Both the position numbers and the translations under genes were made by a program. The notes beneath the pieces were generated by a model, which made no database searches, was not told the DNA's origin, and saw only the letters and a list, made by a program, of their open reading frames with translations. From Amoebophrya sp. A120 (lineage: Eukaryota > Protista > Dinoflagellata), in assembly GCA_905178155.1 (NCBI GenBank), contig CAJINV010000001.1:8153599-8217598 (forward strand): 64,000 nucleotides of DNA. The letters run 5' to 3'. Of this stretch, positions 21,001-32,600 are shown one piece after another. How positions within the stretch are numbered: position 1 is the stretch's first letter; the number at the start of each line of letters is the position of its first letter.

Positions 21001-24000
21001 GATGATGTGTTCGCAAGTTCAGCGTCGGCCACATTAGCCAAGCAGCGTCGGGTCTGTTGCGTCAGTGGTTCCGCCGTGCCAGCTATGCAGTGTAGATATG
21101 TCTGGGTCTGAAAGGATGCGAGACTCTATCTGGGGCGGATTCTTGAAAGGCAAAAAGCTGCGCTGAATGCTCAGCAAAAGATGTCCGATTCTTGTCTCGC
21201 CCGGCGGGAGAGGGCATTTCTATAGCGGGCTAGGAATCCACAAGCCACCGCCCAAGACTTTGCCATGCTCTGTGTGCATTCCAAATCGAGGAGACCTTGC
21301 CTATTTAATATTTGCATGAAAGGCCTCTGCCCGCTTCGAGTCCCAGACACATTCGCAATTGATACCAGCCGGAGGGCTCGTGTAGAGTGCGAGGGTCGCA
21401 CGCATCCGCATTTCGGTCCCACCCCACTGCACAACCTGAGAAACATTCTCGCGCAATACTGAGCAGTGGAGCTTGCCGCCGATCTGAAATGCCCCACCGA
21501 AATCTTCGTGCAGAATCGGCCGGAATTTCAAGCGTCGCTGCAGTGCGTCCCTGCTTTCGTCGCTGTTTGCTTCTTCACCAGTATCGAACAGGACCGCAAA
21601 ACACTGGGCCCGCTCGTATCGCTTGATGTCTTCCGCTCGCAGAAACACAACTACAGCGCGCTTCGTCAGGAGCTCCTTCACGTTAGCGCGGCAATCCTTA
21701 GGGTACTCGAACTGCGCCTCGATCGCCTCGATGAACTGCCGATGCGTGACTGCGCTGTGCGGAGTTGTTTTCTTCGTTACGAGAGAGCAAGGCGCCGGCG
21801 CGTTGTCTTTGTTACAAGAATGCAGGTCCTTCGCGTTTGTAGCCTGGGCTTGCCAGAGGTTCTCACTAAACTCGACTGCCACAGCATCGAGCAGGCTCCG
21901 CGTGCGGCTTATGTCGGCCTGCTGCGGGCGACTGCGAACGTCTGCGCAGCCGCCTTGCTCCTTGTAGCCAACAAGCCAATATCTGTACGGAATAGGCGTC
22001 AGCCCTCCGAGTTTGTCCAAAGACCTCGGGTTGAGAATTCCCTGGCAGTCGTCCATCGGACACGCAAAAACAGCGACCTCCAGAATGCATTTCGTGTACG
22101 CTTCCAAAGAAATCGACCGCAAGTCGGTCCTCTCCTGCTCACGCCGAAGCACCTCGATAACATTGGCAAAAATGTTAGGAGTGGTCGCGGAGTTCAGTGC
22201 TCTTCGAAGCAGAGATCCCCAGAAAATCCGAGGCAAGGTGCGCAGCTGGTATTCCACTGCGGGATCGCGTTTCGAAGTGTCCACCAAGAACAGGTCTGCC
22301 ACGCCTGTTCCTGCTTGTGCTGCCGAAGCTGCTTCTACAAGCGTCGCCCATTCGTCGGGGGTGCTGAGAAGCTTGGCCTTTGCCAAGCAAACCGCCTCGG
22401 CGACCGAACGGCCATACGCCTCTACGACTCGGTCGTGAACTCGCTGCTGAAGCGCGACGCGGTAAACAACACCTGGCACGTCCTCAGGGTACTCTGTCCC
22501 ATCTGTGGTCGTTGCGGTTTGGGTTTCCCAGACACTGTGATCAAGATAATTTCCTACTCGGAGGACGTCCTGTGTCGCCTCGAGCCAGACCTCGGAAATG
22601 TCGCCTATAAAAGGAATCGCGTCGCTGCGCGCGTCACACGTTGCATTGCCGGACCCATACGCCTGCTGCTGGTCCACCAGATGGCGGAAAGGTTCGTCTG
22701 CTTTCCACTGATCGAAGGCAAAGTGTTTACCATCAGGCTTGGCTTGCTTCTCGCTGATGGAACAACCACCGTTGTCTTTCGGGATGATAAAAACTTCGCG
22801 TTCACCGACACCGCTATTAATCGGGTTCGCCTTCCTTCGCAGACTCTCGCGCTCTCGGTCTTTCGCTGCTTCTACCGCAGCTTGGTCCCGTGCATGCTGC
22901 TCCGCCTGCCTGTCGGCTGCTTCCTGCTCCGCTATCGCTCGGCACTTCTCGCACGTCGTATACCGTGTGCGATTCGTTCGAAATTGCGAACTATCCTCAT
23001 AGACGGTAAAACACCTGTCGCAGGTGTTGTCTTTCTTGTATGCTTCCCGAGCTTCCTCCTCGCGACACTCCTTGCACGTATCCAGCGTCTTTCCCTTACG
23101 GTTTTTGAAATCTTTCAATGGTTTAATCCTTCCGCACTTGCCTTTGCACTTCTTTTCCCACCAGTTCAGCTCTTTTTGTTGCGCGATTTCTGGCACAGCC
23201 GAATCAGCATCAGCTGCCTCCGGTACTAGGCAGCGACCAAGGTCTTTAGAAGCGCCGTCCCGATCTGCTGCCGAGCGCTTCAGCGACGTCCACCCCGAAT
23301 GCCACTCTACTTCTGACACTGGCTCCCGCTGCAATGCCGAGCCGCCCGAACCTCCGGCGATGTGCGCTGAATGCCCAGAAACATGGCTGCTCGGATCGAC
23401 GCGGCCCTTGCTCGTGTGGTCAGCGAGCTCGGGAAAAAAACGCGCTCGGTCTGGTTCTACTAGTTCCGCAGCTGCGACTTTGCAGATCTCGACCTCATGC
23501 CGAAACGCTGGGGGCGGGTGGCTTTGCAGGTTCCCGGCCGTATGCTGTGGGCTGGAAGGTCTTGTGTCATCTGCTGCACTGCCGATGAATGCGCGCGTTC
23601 CCCGGTCCTCCTGTTGCCCGGAACGCTCGATGGCTCCGCGCAGGCATGGGTTGGCGTGATGGTGCTCCGAGACCCGCGCTAGCGTTTTGACCTCGTAATT
23701 CTCCATGGCCCGGTGCGCCTCAATCCAAGCCAGCATTTCCTGTGTGCTGTAGATGCACTCGTTCGTGTGCTCGTTGTGAAAGAAGGGAGCGAAAACAGTG
23801 CCCAAGGTATCTTTATTATTGCCTTTGACCCAGCCTGGCTTTGCCTTCCATTTGCAGTCGCGAATAACGTGGGCCAACTTGTCACGCGCGATTCCGCCAA
23901 CGCCGTAGTCCTGAAGCAAAGAGTGAAACAAATTGCGCCACATTTCAAAGACTTGCTTCAGCTCTTCCTGTCCGACATCCAGTCCGGTCGCGTTGTGCCT

Positions 24001-24558
24001 AAACCGGAGCGACTGTGCGCCGGAGACCGGTGCGAAGCGCCACTCGAAAGCAAACTCTTCGCCAAAGACCACCTCCTGCAGCACGTCGGCGTCATTCTCC
24101 TCGTCCAAAACGAAGCGCAGATCCTCTACTGCTCGGGCATTCTTGACCTCATCAGGATTCCGAGTCACGACGCCCGAAGGCTTGTGGAAATACTGGGTGG
24201 TAATAGCGTCCGCTTCGTCTGCCCCGTCACGTCCCACAGAAGATCCGACTGCGACTGTGCTGACGCCCCACTCGCAGTTTAAGTCGGGGTCTTCATCGCG
24301 TGTGACCGGAAGCTCTGCGGCTCGACGAGCATGATAGATCTTCTCGGCAAGCTTTAATTCTTCATCAAGTTTGAAGTGAAATTCCGCGCCCAGGGCGTCG
24401 TAATCCAAATCAAGTCGCGGGAGAAGCCACTCTCCGGTAATATCGTCTCGAACGCGAGATCTGCTGCGGCGCTCCTCCCCATTTTCATCTCTGTCCTTCT
24501 TCAACCGATACAGCGAAAAGCCCGGCGGTGGCAGACCTTTGCTGGCCAAACTGCTCAT
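18092..24558 (-). CDS. Upf1-like SF1B RNA helicase with N-terminal WW-like repeats, two CxxC...CxxC fingers and a C-terminal NYN/PIN-like domain (exons 24558-21366, 21082-18948, 18766-18092)
   Basis: LILGPPGTGKT, TAHSKKAVEEI, LVDEAAQ, SGDPKQ, TLFERL, LNIQYRMHPSIA, IITMYRAQ, GTVDEFQG, RFNVAATRA; the three ORFs join in frame through GT-AG introns 21083-21365 and 18767-18947. Confidence 0.88.
21084..21364. mobile_element. Diverged family-B-like introner (predicted intron 21083-21365, GT-AG on minus)
   Basis: Ends TATGCAGTGTAGATATGTCTGGGTCTGAAAG / TATCAATTGCGAATGTGTCTGGGACTCGAAG; TSD ccagc at 21079-21083 and 21365-21369. Confidence 0.85.
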
Positions 24559-25335
24559 CGTTAAGAGCAACGCATCAATCGGTTATCAAGACGGGATAAA
24601 GCCTAGATTTCTTATCCATCAAGGCCTCCGCAGCACCAACACGTCCGCTCGTGCTATCATGATATCCAGATTCATCGTCGGAATCCCCGCGGACCCGGCC
24701 ATCCTTGCAAATAAGTTTGTAGTCGATACGCCATATAATTTCGGTTTCATTCAAAGGTGAAATCTTAATTGATTGATGCTGTTTCACAGCAAGAATAGCT
24801 TCAGGTGACCGAGCAGGAATCTTCGCTGTGCGAGCGTTTCCATTTGCAAGGTAACGAGACTCAAGACAATAAAAACCCAGCAGAAAACTACCACGAAACA
24901 ATCAGTGGACCGTGAATGGGATCGATCCTGTGATCTGATCGTTCTTGTGATCGTGTCTGTGGACGTGCTCTTGAATAATCTAGTAAATGATGGGGCTCGC
25001 GATGGGAGTTCTATGACTGCCACGGGTGAAGGAGCAAGAGCAAATTGATACACGTAGATATTGATAGTGACGATGAACAGGATCAAACTCTCTGTTGAAA
25101 CAGCGCACAGCACACGAGTAACAATGTTGTGGTATGTTACGCGTGCAGTATTGCAGCGCAAGAGCACCAGGTGTGCTTCTCAGTTCGTTGTGTTCGTCAG
25201 ACAAGTCCGAGGGCAAGAGCTGCACTTTCTGAGTGACGGCATGCGCTACAACGGACAAAGCGACGTCTTTTTTCCATGGTGGAATTTCGCACTTTCTTTG
25301 GATAGACTGGGACCAGCAGATTAGCACATCGAGGT

Positions 25336-28300
25336 TTAGAAAATTCCCGCGTTTTTCAGACTTGGCACGAGCACCGCGACTTCTCCCCCGTCTTTGCCCT
25401 TGACCACCCATTGGTGTTTTCCCGCGAAGAAGGCTTTGCTGCTGTTGTCGATGGAGAATAAAGGCTGTGCCTTCGCCCATTGCTTGGAGATGTTTTTCAA
25501 ACTGGTAGTAGCCGCCTCGGCACCTACTTCTTCCAGGCAGCCCTTCAGCGTGATCTTCGTGCCCACCGCGCAGGCGTCCGGGTTCTCGAGCTGCAACAGT
25601 TCACACTGCTCGTTCGGGCCCTTGTTGTCGATGGCCCCGGCGAGAATCATGCCCTCCGACGCTTCCCCGGCCAGCTTTGCGGGCTTGATGTTGAAATACG
25701 TGATTACCTTCCTGTTCAAAAGATCTTTCTCCCCGTCCGGGTAAAATTTGACGATACCCGAGCAAATCTGCCTCGTGATGCCCTCGCCCATGTCCACCTG
25801 GAGCTTGTACAAGGCCTCGGAGTTTGGAATCCGGTCGACCTGCACAATCTGGCCGACGCGAAGATCCAGTTTCTGCAGCGCAGAAACGGCCTCGCCGACG
25901 TCGCCCTCGCCGGCCGGGGCTGCTGCGGCCGCGGGTGCTTTCGCCTTCGCGGGGGCTGCTTTTGCGGGCTGTTCCGCGGCCTTTTGTCCGCCTTTGCCGG
26001 CGTTCTTTGGTGCTGCTGCGGGTGCAGGAGCCTTTGGTTGTTCTTTCACCGCAGCCTTGACGCTAGTAGCCGGAGCAGGCGCAGCACTCGAGGAACTCGA
26101 GGAGGTACCGGTGCCGTGGAAAAAGGAATAGCTGTGGATGATGTTGTGTAGTACGTGTGGTGAAAAATGACTCGCATTTCGTCGGACACTGCTACATCAT
26201 TCGCAAACACGAAGAAAATTTACTGAGATGAATGGCTAGAATAGTTTAAAAATCTTGAGAGAACGTTGAATCCTCGTTCACTCATACTTGAATTTGTTTC
26301 ATTTATACGTCGTATGTCCCTGCGGCACGTTTCCGTCCACGGCGGCCCACACGCGGCCGAAAGACGCTTTGTCCACCACTTCCTGCTGGCAGGGCCCGCT
26401 GAGCGACTTGGCGCGAAAGGAGTACTCGGTTTGTCCCTGCGGAATGCCTCGACCAGACCACACAATGTCGAACTTCTTGCACGGGATCTCCGGGGTCAAG
26501 CTGTCCTCACCGCTGTCGGCGGTGGTCGAACCGCCCTCTTCGTTTTGGTGGCTGAGGACGTACCGGTAGTACAAAGCCGAGCCGAGCTCGTCGGTGCGCA
26601 ATTTTTGCAACTCACCATCCTTCGGAGGGCACCCTGCCGGACCATCGCACTTCGGCTTCTTTGCCGCGGGCGCACCGGTGTCCTTCGGCGAAGCCGCAGC
26701 CTTTTTGTTCGGGGCAGGCGCCTGTCCAATTCACAGAAATTTGGGTACAGTGATGTTGCGGCGACACGCGAAAGCATAAGCGCCTGGGGGTGAATACGAA
26801 AATACGCAGACATTTACATTTTCTAAAAAAATATCCTTCCAGTCGCAGTCGACACAATCAAAAAATACCGCAGCCGGAGCCGCCTCCTTTTTCGCCGGAG
26901 CAGCGGTTTGCTCCTTCTTTGCGGGCGCCGCCTTTTCCTTCTTTTCCGCGGGAGCAGTTTTCGGCTCGGCCTTGCCGCCCTTCTTCTTTTGCTCTTTGAA
27001 GACGGGAATGATCAGCGGCTGGGCGCAGTAGATTTCGCATGTTTTCTCTGCGTTCATCATGATCTTGTCCACGGAATCGAACCCACCTGGCACCAAACTC
27101 AGAGCGGTGCGCTCCGGAATGGCGTTCAGCAAGACACGCCGCGCCAGCTGGCCGCGAAGCGCTTTCTTCGCTTGTTCACTGGTCGTCTTGGCAAAACGCG
27201 CCTTTTCGAAAGGCAAGGACTCTTCGTACTCCAGGTAGGCTGGGAGGTTCGTCAGCACATGCATGTCGCGGCAGATCCCCTTCGCGCAGGCGGAGTATTT
27301 CAACGGGTCGGCCTCTTCGAGAACCTGCAAATGCAATGAGGAAAATAAAGCTCAACAAATGCAATCATTCGATTATGCGCGCATATGATCCACAAAGACA
27401 AAGGACCTGACCTTTGTCACTTATGACCAAGACCACTTAAGTACTTTCCTTTCTATGTTGTACAAAGTACGATGAAGCTTTACAATGAAGTCCCAACTTT
27501 TCTGCATTAAGATACCTTGCAGATCGCGGTCCTTTCTTGCGCGAGCGGAAACACTGGAAAGGTGGAGATTTCCGGAACGTTCATGGTAGAAGCCACCGTG
27601 GACCAGACCCAGTAGTCTTTCGGCGCGAACTTGCCCCCGTCCGTTTCCGGCGTGACCTCGCCCGCGAGGGTGAGCAGCTCGGTGACCTGGTGCAGCAAGG
27701 ACGTGCGGACGAACGGAAGAATCTCGGCCTTGTTCTATCCTATGTAAAAACGTCCCCCCCCCATAGTCAAGATGGGGAATCGGCTAGACAAATACACAAG
27801 GTTTGACTGTTTTGCGTGACAAATTTGGACTCGTAGTGTAGTGCTGTTTGAACCAGCGCAGCAGCATCACAGATCTAGTATATCATGCTGCTTGGAGCAT
27901 GACAAATTCCAAAACACGACTAGAAAATGCTTCTCATAGGGCTCCGCATGAGAAACATTTTCAGCATGCAGATTTGCATTACCTCTGGTGTGGGGACATT
28001 TTTAAATACGATATGTTCACGACTGCACGGGTTTTGCGATCCACGAACTTCTTGATCACTTGTACCATCGTGGTCTTGCAGTGGATCAACCGCATAGTGG
28101 GCGTGATCACGGCGGCGAGCTGGTCAGGGTCGTTTACGGTTGTGGTCGGCGAGCAACACAACCAGAGGAAAGCAAAAGCAAGAACAGGTAGGAATCCAGA
28201 AAAAGCAGCCAGATTTGATTTCGAATGGAAATTGGTATGACAAAGTGCTAGTACACACGACACATGAATACGTTTATGCTTCTTACCTTTTCCTTTGCGA

Positions 28301-28876
28301 GTTCCCACAAATCTTCCTCAAGCGGAAAATCGCTTTCATTGTCCGCGTTACCGGCGATCAGGCTCAACGCTTCCCCAAACACTTTCAACTCGTCCGGAGC
28401 GAAAAGCAACAAATCCAAGCATTTTGCAACCTGATAGGAGAATGAGGGATAAGGACGATAAAGCTCAACTGCATGTTAGGCAAGTTGCTTTTATTACCTT
28501 ACGGGGCAACAATGACCCGAACTAGTGGTTTCATTCAGTTTCCAGATTCCAATGAGTGAAAGTGAATTCGAGAAAGCAACACTCGTAGTAGTACGCCGAT
28601 AGATTCCGCCATGTTGTAGGATCCCAGGCTGGAGGCTTCGGAGCCTTCCATAGCGGTTGGCACGTTCTCCTCGCCCTCCGCTGCGGGAGATCGCGTCAGT
28701 TCCTCGACGCGCGTCGTGGCTCCGGGCACTACACCTGCGCGCGGGGCAGGCGATCTCTGGTTGGACAACTCAGACGCTCGGCTGCTGGCCCGTTCCGAAG
28801 ATTTTTCCGCTGGTTTAGAAAGACCACTGTCGCTCGTTTGCTCGTCCGTCGGAGTTTTACTGTTCTTTGCGCCCAT
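25336..28876 (-). CDS. tRNA-binding protein with C-terminal EMAPII/Trbp111/Arc1p-type OB fold; 7 predicted exons; N-terminus MGAKNSK
   Basis: KLDLRVGQIVQVDRIPNSEALYKLQVDMGEGITRQICSGI...NIKPAKLAGEASEGMILA; exons 28876-28595, 28430-28287, 28119-28015, 27734-27516, 27324-26869, 26721-~26310, ~26130-25336 all join in frame. Confidence 0.8.
27736..28013. mobile_element. Introner family D (predicted intron 27735-28014, AT-AG on minus)
   Basis: TIR TATCCTATGTAAAAACGTCCCC / TATCGTATTTAAAAATGTCCCC; TSD tgttc at 27731-27735 and 28014-28018; removal joins ...RAVVN to (N)KAEILPFV. Confidence 0.88.
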
Positions 28877-29611
28877 GGAGGTCAAAAATCGGTGTGCGAG
28901 GACCACAGAAAACGTGATCGTCGCTAGGCTACAGGTATCAAAAAGCGTAAGCGCTGTGGTAAGTGGTCGTGGTAGTTCGACAAAATGAAATTGAACAGTA
29001 GAGAACTTTGGAAGTCGCTAGAAAGTGAAACTTGAAAATCCTGCTCACAAAATTCGTAAAGAGACGCTTTCGCCGCCGCCGCAAGCACAAATAAGATCTT
29101 CAATGAATGGGTAATGTGCTAGTGTCGCGAGAGAGTTGCCAAACATGATCTAGATCTTTAAGCATGATCCAGGTGGATATTCAGTTCTTTGCACGACAAG
29201 TTCGGATTTCTTTTTCTTGTAGTTGGCAAAAAGAAGCAGGAAAATCAAAATTGTTGGTGTAGTATTGTTTCTCCAGGAGGTGGGCAGGCCCTTGCCTTTT
29301 CTAGAAGATGATAGATCATGATCATCGAAGTCGGTAAAAAAACATGACTCCTCGGACTCGGTCGTGCGTCAGACACACCCGCAAGATCTGATGCGACAGC
29401 GATGAAACTGAAAGACATTGGAACTACAGTATAGTTGCACTTCAAAAATTGATCTCCAGTCTTCTAGAGCTGAGAGAACACATCATGAGCACGAATCTCC
29501 TGAGAGCAAGTTCTCATCCAAACTTGTTCCAGTCAAAGTCAATGCGACCTCTGGCCGCTGATTTTGGTTCGTGATTTTCATGTTGATAAATACCACATTC
29601 GGAGTTCTGAT

Positions 29612-32600
29612 TTATGCAAATTCTTCGAGTGCCTTGTCCCAGTTAAGCATCGAGGCTTTTTCCGGCGACTTCTGCATCAGGCCAGAATTTGCCGCCTTTT
29701 TCATGCTTTTCTTGCCTTTGGTAATACTTTTCTTGTCCCCGCTCTCGGCTTTTACTTCTTCAACAGCTTCATCGTCGCTCTGCTCGGTCCCTCTGGTGCT
29801 ACTCGCTGTTCTCCTACTTGCCGCTGCACTAGCCTTCGACTGTTTCTTTTTTCTTCGCTTCGCGTCTTTCCGAGCCTGGTAGTACTCTTCGGGATCGACA
29901 TCCGAGTCGTCGCTGTTCATTGCCAGCGCCTTCTCGATTTCCCTTTTCTGCTTCCGCTTCTGAATGGTCTTTCTCTTTTGCTTTTTCGAACCATTTATTT
30001 CGCCCTGCTGCAAATCCTCGTCGTCGAAAGGCATGCTGCAGTTGAGACCGGAAAAGTCGTTCGTCGCTGAGGCCTGGATGTCCTTCACATCTTTGATTTC
30101 GTTTCCGTCTCCTGCATCGGAGTCTTCGTTCTCTGAATCGTCAGCAGCATCGCTGTTTCCGTTGTCTTCGTCATCTTCAGCGGCGGTGGGAACGGCGTCT
30201 TCCGCGGTAGTTTTTCCGGCGTCCTCGGTAGAAGTTTTATTTTCTGCGGGACTTGTTCTTGGGTTTGCGTTTTTTTGTTCCTCTTCTCCTGTCCTCGTCG
30301 CGTCGGTTGATTTCTTTGCGGCTTCTTGGTCTTCACCAGCTTCAGTACTTCTAGCGTCAGCTTGACTTGTTTTGTCGTCAGAGGATTTTCTATTCGAATT
30401 TATGTTCTTGTCCGCGTCTACTTCAGCTGCGACTTTGCTCTCGTCAGTTTTCGCAATCCCCGCGTCCTCCGCGATTTTTTCCTGTACGCTTCGCAAGGCG
30501 GCCGCGACCTCGGCGTCGACCTTTTCGTCCTCGTCCGCGTCCACGGGCGGAGCGCTGCCGTCCTTCATCGGCGGCGCGACGAAATAGGGAATTCGCCCCC
30601 GTTGCCAGTCGTACAGGACGATCCGCGCGGTGATTTCCAAATCCGGCTCACCTCCCTTCCGCAGTTTTCCCATCTTCATCGCGAGCTTCTGCAAAAAGTC
30701 TTCGCCGTCCGTCCACGTCAACGTGTCGGGGAGGTTGTACTTGGCGCGCAGGTACTTTGCTTTCACCCGGGAAACCACCTCGTCGATGTACGCGCTCGGG
30801 GCCTCCAGCTTCTCAGCACGAACCTGTGGGCGAGGTGGGGTCAGGATATTTTTGTACATGGGATATTTCTTTTACTGGACAAGAAAGATGATAGAAGTAC
30901 TCATCACGTGGACGTGGTCTTTGCAGGTGAAACAAAAGGAGGTGATGTTGATATTACTTTCTTTCACTGCAGAAGAATCGCAAAAATCACGAACCGAAGC
31001 AAAAGGTAACCAACTGATACCACGCCTTTGAGCACTTTCGCGGTGTCCTCCGCGAAATCGACGGAGGTCAGCGGCACGATACCCGGACAGTCGATGGCGT
31101 AAATCTTTTTCGTCAGCGCAATGTACTGCCACACCTTGGTTTCACCGGGAACCGGGGCGGATTTGCACACCTCTTTCTTCTTCAACGTGTTGATTACGGA
31201 TGATTTTCCCACGTTCGGGTAGCCAATCAGGCCCACCTGGGTTGATGATTTGCAAAATTCGTTTATGTCAAAATGAAAATTTTTCACAAGATCGAGGCTT
31301 GAAAAACAAAAATGCCAGGCCGCCTGATCGCATCTACGGCGGATAAGAAAAAGCGTAACGCTAAAACACTGCGTTGTACAACGATGTGTCCACCATCAAG
31401 TACCTGTATTTGCTTTTTGTCCTTGATCAGTTTCGCGAATTGCCGCAAGAGCTGGATCAGTGCGGATTTTCCGAACGGATTTGTCACTGAGGCGTGGAAA
31501 GCCAAGGTCGGTTTTTCTTTTCGCAGAATTTCGCACCACCTGCGCGTGGCCCAGTTTGGAATCAGGTCGCACTTGTTCAGGAGAAGCACCACGTGCTTGT
31601 GCGGGTGGTTCTTCGCAATGTTGCGCTCCAAATGGCGGCACCGAGTGCCCTCCGGGTCGCGAGCGTCCAGCACTTGAATCAACACGTCAGACGAGTCGAC
31701 CACCTTGTACAGTTCGCGCCAAATGCGTCTACTGGTTCCCTTCAGGAAAATTTCCTCCTGGTCGTGCCCCTCAAAGAACTTCTGGTCCTCGAACCCGGAC
31801 TTCAGGTTGAATTTCAGCTGTTTGTCGTTCCCTGCACACTCTTCGTACCGTGTGTGCTCTTCGCCGACCTGAATATATTTGGGAAAATGGTTGAAGTCTG
31901 AAACGTTGACACGCTTCGTGGAGCCAAGCAAAAAAGTGGACAAGGTTCGCCCTGGCAGGCAGGGGACCCGAGATAAAAATGTAGCGCTTTTTCGCTGACC
32001 ACTTTAATACCTTGCTGACTAGCTGTTCCAGAGTGTCGGACACGAGCTTTGGTCGCTTTCGCTGTTTCTTTGCGCCGAAGGTGTCGGCGAAGGACTCCAC
32101 CCGCAACAGGTCCATTTTGTCGTTCTTCAGGCTGTCGGTGAGGAGGGAAAGGGGAAGTTTGGAGCTCTTCAAAACGACCCGGTAGGGATCGTTCACCTCT
32201 TTCGCCATCTCCTCGCGAAAGTCCTGCATCTTGGTTTGCGTGATAACGCGCGTGTTACCGAACCACCGACGATCCGGCTCAATGCGCTGCGGCTTCAGCA
32301 GTTGCTTGTGCAAGTCCCTGTAGTTTGTAGATCACGATAAAGCATTTCTATGATGAAGATGAATCTGCATGTGGTTTGCGCACGTACGAACTAGTAGTGT
32401 CTCATATCCAAGACCTTCAGCTCATAGTCATAGCATCCGGCCCGAAAAGAGCTGCACATCACCCTGTAACCAGTAAACACATCCCTATTTTTATGTACCT
32501 TTTGTTCGGCGCCTTCTGCCTGTACATCTCAAGCCTCTTCAGTGTGTTCTTCGACCGCTGCTTATCGTAAGGAAAAATTCCCCCTCCCCATATCGAAAAG

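Noticed and set aside
21466-23229. 587-aa plus-strand ORF and many similar plus-strand ORFs
   Set aside because: Antisense shadows of minus-strand genes; no recognisable motifs
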